Assembly (NCBI GenBank): GCA_963720965.1
Contig: CAVRHD010000001.1
Location: 19,703-83,702 of the forward strand
Reading direction: 5' to 3'
From: an uncultured Chloroflexia bacterium
Lineage (GTDB): Bacteria > Chloroflexota > Limnocylindria > Limnocylindrales > CSP1-4
Length of the DNA stretch: 64,000 bases
The first letter of the stretch is position 1. Each line of letters starts with the position of its first letter. Positions 59,522 to 64,000 of the stretch are shown here, one piece after another. Below the pieces are notes generated by a model that was not told the DNA's origin, searched no databases, and was given only the letters and a program-made list of their open reading frames with translations. Made by a program: the position numbers and the translations under genes.

Positions 59522-60496
59522 TCAGACTTCCTCGCCGTCTTCATCGTCGAACGGCTCATCCGACGGCTCCGTGTCGGGGATGACGAAGCCGCGCATGCGC
59601 AGGCGCTCTTTCATCTCGTCGAGCGACTTGCGCCCGAAGTTGCGCATTCGGAGGAGATCGTCATCGGACAGCTGCAGGAGCTGGCCGACCTTGACGATGT
59701 TGTTGCGCTTGAGCGAGTTGTACGCCCGCATGGGCAGGTCGAGCTCCTCGATCGGCATATCCAGCATGTTCGGAGGCAGCTGAGTGGTGCCGCCGTTGGC
59801 GGCTCCCGGAACCGCGGCGAGGCCGATATTGGCGAACAGCGAGAACTGCCGGACGAGGATGTCGGCGGAGCGCGACAAGGCCTCCTCAGGCGTGATCGAG
59901 CCGTCTGTCTCGATCTCCATCGTGAGCTTGTCGTAGTTGGTGATCTGGCCGACCCGGGTCGGCTCGACCCAGTAGTTGACCTTGCGCACGGGGGTGAAGA
60001 TCGCGTCGACCGCGATCACCCCGATTGGGAGCGACTCGGACCGCTCGGCGGCGAGGTAGCCGACGCCTCGCTCAACCGTCAGGTCGAGCTCGATCGTCAC
60101 GTCGTCGGTGTCGAGGGTCATCAGGAGCTGCTCCGGATTGACGATCTCGACATCGGCCGATTCGACGATGTCGGCGGCAGTGACCGCGCCGGCGCCGCTC
60201 TTGACCAGCTTGAGCTGGACCGGGTGCGCAGCAAAGCTCTTGAGGCGAAGCTTCTTCACGTTGAGCACGATCTGGGTGACGTCTTCCTTGACCCCCGGGA
60301 TCGTGGAGAATTCCTGGTAGACGTCGCGGATCTGGATCGAGGTCACGGCCGCGCCCTCGAGCGACGACAGCAGGACACGCCGGAGGGCATTGCCGAGGGT
60401 GACCCCGTAGCCAGCCGGCAGCGGCCCTGCCTCGTACTTGGCGAAGGTGCCGAGCTCCTCGACAGGCTCGATCTGCGGGCTCTCGAGTTCGATCAT
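59522..60496 (-). CDS. rpoA: RNA polymerase subunit alpha
   Basis: GYGVTLGNALRRVLLSS, GVKEDV, VDAIFTPV, NFGRKSLDE. Confidence 0.98.
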   Translation of the reverse strand: MIELESPQIEPVEELGTFAKYEAGPLPAGYGVTLGNALRRVLLSSLEGAAVTSIQIRDVYQEFSTIPGVKEDVTQIVLNVKKLRLKSFAAHPVQLKLVKSGAGAVTAADIVESADVEIVNPEQLLMTLDTDDVTIELDLTVERGVGYLAAERSESLPIGVIAVDAIFTPVRKVNYWVEPTRVGQITNYDKLTMEIETDGSITPEEALSRSADILVRQFSLFANIGLAAVPGAANGGTTQLPPNMLDMPIEELDLPMRAYNSLKRNNIVKVGQLLQLSDDDLLRMRNFGRKSLDEMKERLRMRGFVIPDTEPSDEPFDDEDGEEV

Positions 60497-60506
60497 GGTC
60501 TGGGGC

Positions 60507-61133
60507 TTACCTCGAGTAGTACTCGACCACGAGCTGCTCGTTCAGGTCGAGCGGCATCTGGTCGCGCCGGGGCTGGTCGATGATGGTTCCGGCGAGCTTC
60601 GCCGGGTCGATGCTCAGCCACTCGGGTGGCTGGTGCGAACGAAGGGTTTCCCTGGCCACCTTGAACGGCTCGCGGCCGGCGTGCGACTGGCGAACCTCGA
60701 CCCGATCGCCGGGTCGGAGCTGGTGGGAGGCGATGTTGGTGGGCCGGCCGTTCACGGCGAAGTGGCCGTGGTTGACAAGCTGGCGGGAGGCCGCCCGGGA
60801 CGGGGCAAAGCCCATCCGGAAGACGATGTTGTCGAGACGGAGCTCGAGCAGACGAAGGAGATTCTCTCCGGTCACGCCGGGCCTCGACTCGGCGGTATCG
60901 AAGTAGTTCTTGAACTGCCGCTCAAGTACGGCGTACACCCGGCGGACCTTCTGCTTCTCGCGCAGCTGCAGTCCGTACTCGCCCACCTTGCGCCGGCGGA
61001 CGCCATGCTGGCCGGGCGGTGTCGGGCGCCGTTCGAAGGCGCATTTCTTGGAATAGCAGCGTGAGCCCTTCAGGAAGAGCTTCATGCCCTCGCGGCGGCA
61101 GAGGCGACAAACGGAGGCGGTGTAACGGGCCAT
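60507..61133 (-). CDS. rpsD: 30S ribosomal protein S4 (Zn-binding Cys form)
   Basis: MARY...CRLCRREG, PPGQHG, LELRLDN, VVEYYSR. Confidence 0.98.
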   Translation of the reverse strand: MARYTASVCRLCRREGMKLFLKGSRCYSKKCAFERRPTPPGQHGVRRRKVGEYGLQLREKQKVRRVYAVLERQFKNYFDTAESRPGVTGENLLRLLELRLDNIVFRMGFAPSRAASRQLVNHGHFAVNGRPTNIASHQLRPGDRVEVRQSHAGREPFKVARETLRSHQPPEWLSIDPAKLAGTIIDQPRRDQMPLDLNEQLVVEYYSR

Positions 61134-61144
61134 CGATTCCTGAC

Positions 61145-61540
61145 CTAGACCCGGCGCCGCTTGGGGGCGCGGCAGCCGTTATGCGGGATGGGCGTGACAT
61201 CGGTGATCGCGGTCACCTCGAGTCCGGCGGCCTGGAGCGAGCGGATGGCCTGCTCCCGGCCGGCCCCTGGGCCCTTGACGTAGACCTCGACCTGGCGCAT
61301 GCCGTGCTCCATCGCGCGGCGGGCAGCAGCTTCGGCCGAGAGTGCCGCGGCGTACGGCGTGCTCTTGCGGGAGCCCTTGAAGCCGGCGATGCCGGCCGAG
61401 CCCCAGCTGATCACGGCACCACCGAGATCGGTGATCGTGATGATCGTGTTGTTGAACGTCGCCTGGATGTGAACGTGGCCCTGGGGCACGTTCTTGCGCT
61501 CCTTGCGACGCTGCTTGACGGCACGCTTGCGGTCGGCCAT
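61145..61540 (-). CDS. rpsK: 30S ribosomal protein S11
   Basis: [27 protein letters not shown]. Confidence 0.98.
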   Translation of the reverse strand: MADRKRAVKQRRKERKNVPQGHVHIQATFNNTIITITDLGGAVISWGSAGIAGFKGSRKSTPYAAALSAEAAARRAMEHGMRQVEVYVKGPGAGREQAIRSLQAAGLEVTAITDVTPIPHNGCRAPKRRRV

Positions 61541-61558
61541 GGCTGGGCTGGGTTCCCC

Positions 61559-61930
61559 TTACTTCTTCCGGCGAACGCCGACCGTCTTCTTCGGTCCGCG
61601 CCGCTGGCGTGCATTGGTTTTGGTTCGCTGGCCACGGGCCGGCAGGTTGCGCCGGTGGCGACTGCCGCGATACGAGCCGATCTCGATCAGGCGCTTGATG
61701 TTGAGGGCCACCTCGCGTCGCAGGTCGCCCTCGACCTTGTAGCGGCGGTCGATGATCTCGCGCAGCCGGTTGACCTGCTCCTCGGTGAGGTCGCGGACAC
61801 GCGTGTCGGGGTTGATGTTGGCCTGGGCGAGGATCTTCTGGCTGGTCGGCAGGCCCAGGCCGAAGATGTAGGTCAGGGCGATCTCGACCCGCTTCTCGCG
61901 CGGGATATCAACGCCGGCAATGCGAGCCAT
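61559..61930 (-). CDS. rpsM: 30S ribosomal protein S13
   Basis: [27 protein letters not shown]. Confidence 0.98.
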   Translation of the reverse strand: MARIAGVDIPREKRVEIALTYIFGLGLPTSQKILAQANINPDTRVRDLTEEQVNRLREIIDRRYKVEGDLRREVALNIKRLIEIGSYRGSRHRRNLPARGQRTKTNARQRRGPKKTVGVRRKK

Positions 61931-61933
61931 CGA

Positions 61934-62050
61934 TTACCCCTGCCGCTGCTTGTGCTTTGGATTGGCGGTGCAGATGACCATCACGGTCCCGTGGCGGCGA
62001 ATCACCTTGCAGTGGTCGCAGCGGGTCTTGACGGACGCTCGAACTTTCAA
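61934..62050 (-). CDS. rpmJ: 50S ribosomal protein L36 (TTG start, Zn-ribbon form)
   Basis: Manual translation [38 protein letters not shown]. Confidence 0.96.
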   Translation of the reverse strand: MKVRASVKTRCDHCKVIRRHGTVMVICTANPKHKQRQG

Positions 62051-62079
62051 CGGTTCCTCGATCGAACTCGAAACAGGCG

Positions 62080-62298
62080 CTACTTGAGGCGGTAGGTGAT
62101 CCGACCGCGGGTGAGATCGTAGGGAGAGAGTTCGACCCGGACTCGATCGCCCGGCAGGATCCGGATGAAGTTCATCCGGAGCTTGCCGCTGATGTGGGCC
62201 AGGACCCGATGTCCGTTCTCCAATTCGACCGCGAACATCGTGTTCGGGAGCGGCTCGATGACCGTTCCTTCGACTTCGATCGCGTCTTTCTTGGCCAC
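62080..62298 (-). CDS. infA: Translation initiation factor IF-1
   Basis: [10 protein letters not shown]...[36 protein letters not shown]. Confidence 0.97.
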   Translation of the reverse strand: MAKKDAIEVEGTVIEPLPNTMFAVELENGHRVLAHISGKLRMNFIRILPGDRVRVELSPYDLTRGRITYRLK

Positions 62299-62401
62299 GG
62301 GCTTACGGTTTCCCTTTCTCGCGTGGAATGTCGGCCCGATGGGCTGACACACGAACGGTGAGGATATCAAATGTCCACCGATCCGGCAACCGCCGGCCCG
62401 G

Positions 62402-63172
62402 TCAGACGGTGGTCAGGATCTCCGGTCCACGCTGGGTGATGGCGATGGTGTGCTCGAAATGGGCGGCCAGCGAGCCGTCCCGGGTGACGATCGTCCAGTC
62501 GTCCGGCAGCATCACGGCTTCGTAGCTCGCCGAGGGTGAACATCGGCTCGATCGCCAGGCACAGGCCGGCTTCGATCCGGCGGCTGGCTCGTTGCGGTGC
62601 GGATAGTTGGGGACCTGCGGGTCCTCGTGCATCGCCCGGCCGATGCCGTGGCCGACGAACTGGCGGACGACGCCGTAGCCGTGGGGCAGGGCGACGTCCT
62701 CGACGGCCGCGCCGATGTCCTCGATCCGGTTGCCGGGCTGGGCGGCCGCGATCCCGGCCATCATCGCCAGGCGGGTCGTCTCGATCAGCTCGCGGATGGG
62801 CTCCGGCGGCTGTCCGACGAAGAAGCTTCGAGCAGCGTCGCCATGCCAGCCGTCGACGATGGCGCCGGCGTCGATCGACACCAGCTGGCCCTCGCGGATC
62901 GTCCGCTCGCCCGGGATGCCGTGGACGATCTCGGAGTCGATCGAGACGCAGATGCTGCCGGGAAACGGCCGGCGCGGGTTGGCGCCGGGATAGCCCTTGA
63001 ACGACGGCAGCGCGCCGCTGCGCCGGACATGGGCCTCGGCGAGGGCGTCGAGATGGGCCGTGGTGACGCCCGGCTTGAGCTCCGATTCGACCAGGGCCAG
63101 GACCTCGGCGACCACCCGCCCGGCCCGGCGCATCGACTCGATCTCGGCCGCTGACTTCAGGGTGACGGCCAT
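62402..63172 (-). CDS. map: Methionine aminopeptidase type I (compensating frameshifts near 62525-62600)
   Basis: HGIP, IDAG, GDAA, GHGIG..MHEDP, AHFEHT; the AIEPM motif is present in the shifted frame. Confidence 0.93.
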   Translation of the reverse strand: MAVTLKSAAEIESMRRAGRVVAEVLALVESELKPGVTTAHLDALAEAHVRRSGALPSFKGYPGANPRRPFPGSICVSIDSEIVHGIPGERTIREGQLVSIDAGAIVDGWHGDAARSFFVGQPPEPIRELIETTRLAMMAGIAAAQPGNRIEDIGAAVEDVALPHGYGVVRQFVGHGIGRAMHEDPQVPNYPHRNEPAAGSKPACAWRSSRCSPSASYEAVMLPDDWTIVTRDGSLAAHFEHTIAITQRGPEILTTV

Positions 63173-63829
63173 CAGGCTGGCCTCGCCGCGGCGGCCGACG
63201 AACAGCGCCTCGGTCACCTCGACCACCGGGCGCCGGCCGTCGACCGTGCTCAACAGGCCGTGCTCGCGGTAGTACTCGACGACCTGGTGGAGGTCGCTCA
63301 GCTGGATCGACAGGCGGGCGCTGACGGTCTCCCGACGGTCGTCGTCGCGCTGGATCAAGGGTGAGTCATCGAGGTCGCAACGGCCCGCCACCCGGGGCGG
63401 GTGGCTGGTCTCGTTGTAGACGTGGCCATTGGCCTTGCAGATCCAGCGCCCGGACAGGCGCCGGACCAGCTCCTCCTGGGGGACCTGGATCTCGAGCGCC
63501 CGGTCGACCCGGCTGCCCCGGGCGGACAGGGCCTCGGTCAGGATCCCGGCCTGGGCCAGGTTGCGCGGAAAGCCGTCGAGGATCGCCCCATCCAAGGCAT
63601 CGGGCCGGGCCAGCCGGTCGAGGAGCATCTCGACCGTGATCGCGTCCGGCACGAGCTGGCCTCGCTCCATGTAGCGGCGAGCCTCGAGCCCGATCGCCGA
63701 GCCCTCGTTGACGGCGGCCCGGAACAGCTCGCCCGTGGCAACGTGGGGGAGGCCCAGCCGGCTCGCCAGAATTGGTGCCTGGGTGCCCTTGCCGGCGCCG
63801 GGGGCGCCGAGCAGGACCAGGAAGGTCAC
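63172..63829 (-). CDS. adk: Adenylate kinase (3' frameshift fuses it to map in the ORF track)
   Basis: [30 protein letters not shown]; TGATG junction at 63170-63174. Confidence 0.93.
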
Positions 63830-64000
63830 CGGATGAAGCCCTCGTAGTTCCGCATCAGGAGCTGGGCTTCGATCTGTTTCATCGTCTCGACCACGACGCT
63901 GACCACGATCAGGAGGCTCGTGCCACCCAGGGTCAGGCCACCCAGGCTGTTGAAGACGGCGGCCAGGATCGTCGGCGAGACGGCCACGATTGCCAGGAAG
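63826..64000 (-). CDS. secY: Preprotein translocase SecY, 3' end (partial)
   Basis: [34 protein letters not shown], directly upstream of adk. Confidence 0.95.
   Translation of the reverse strand, partial: FLAIVAVSPTILAAVFNSLGGLTLGGTSLLIVVSVVVETMKQIEAQLLMRNYEGFIR

Noticed and set aside
62402-63829. Adk-Map fusion
   Set aside because: A TGATG junction at 63170-63174 and other nearby indels favour the usual two separate genes.
1-64000. CRISPR arrays, tRNA/rRNA genes, transposases, prophage genes
   Set aside because: No regularly spaced repeat-spacer series, cloverleaf/T-loop signatures, or transposase, integrase or phage motifs were recognised by eye; tRNAscan-SE and Infernal would be needed to exclude small RNAs.

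Overview
High-GC bacterial chromosomal segment. Gene content and order (homodimeric-type GlyRS, GlmL-like gene pair, cdaA-cdaR-glmM-glmS, alpha-operon order) suggest a Chloroflexota genome, possibly Limnocylindria/Ellin6529-like; this taxonomy is an inference. The left ~30 kb is accessory. It holds two inverted paralogous large lipoproteins, an AfsR/SARP-type regulator, an ABC exporter, CorA, a DEAD-box helicase, an OmpR-family two-component system, two GGDEF proteins flanking tdk, an RDD protein, an ADH, an MFS transporter, ppdK and an HNH nuclease cassette. The right ~34 kb is housekeeping, almost all on the minus strand: fpr, glyQS, recO, glmU, ispE, rsmA, tsaD-rimI-tsaB-tsaE, alr, nnrD, acpS, glmS, glmM, cdaR, cdaA, argF, rpsI, rplM, truA, rplQ, rpoA, rpsD, rpsK, rpsM, rpmJ, infA, map, adk and the secY 3' end. 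Many single-base frameshifts, including in adk and map, point to long-read indel errors rather than true pseudogenes. No tRNA, rRNA or CRISPR array was seen. Most notable: (1) two ~190-bp palindromic elements with shared ends and a shared central motif bracketing an SRA-like HNH nuclease cassette; (2) a protein fusing terpene-cyclase/prenyltransferase-like QW repeats to a divergent GGDEF domain; (3) the inverted lipoprotein paralog pair; (4) a KOW-like gene missed by the ORF track because its only plausible start is ATC; (5) TANNNT boxes 6-10 nt before many start codons, implying leaderless mRNAs.
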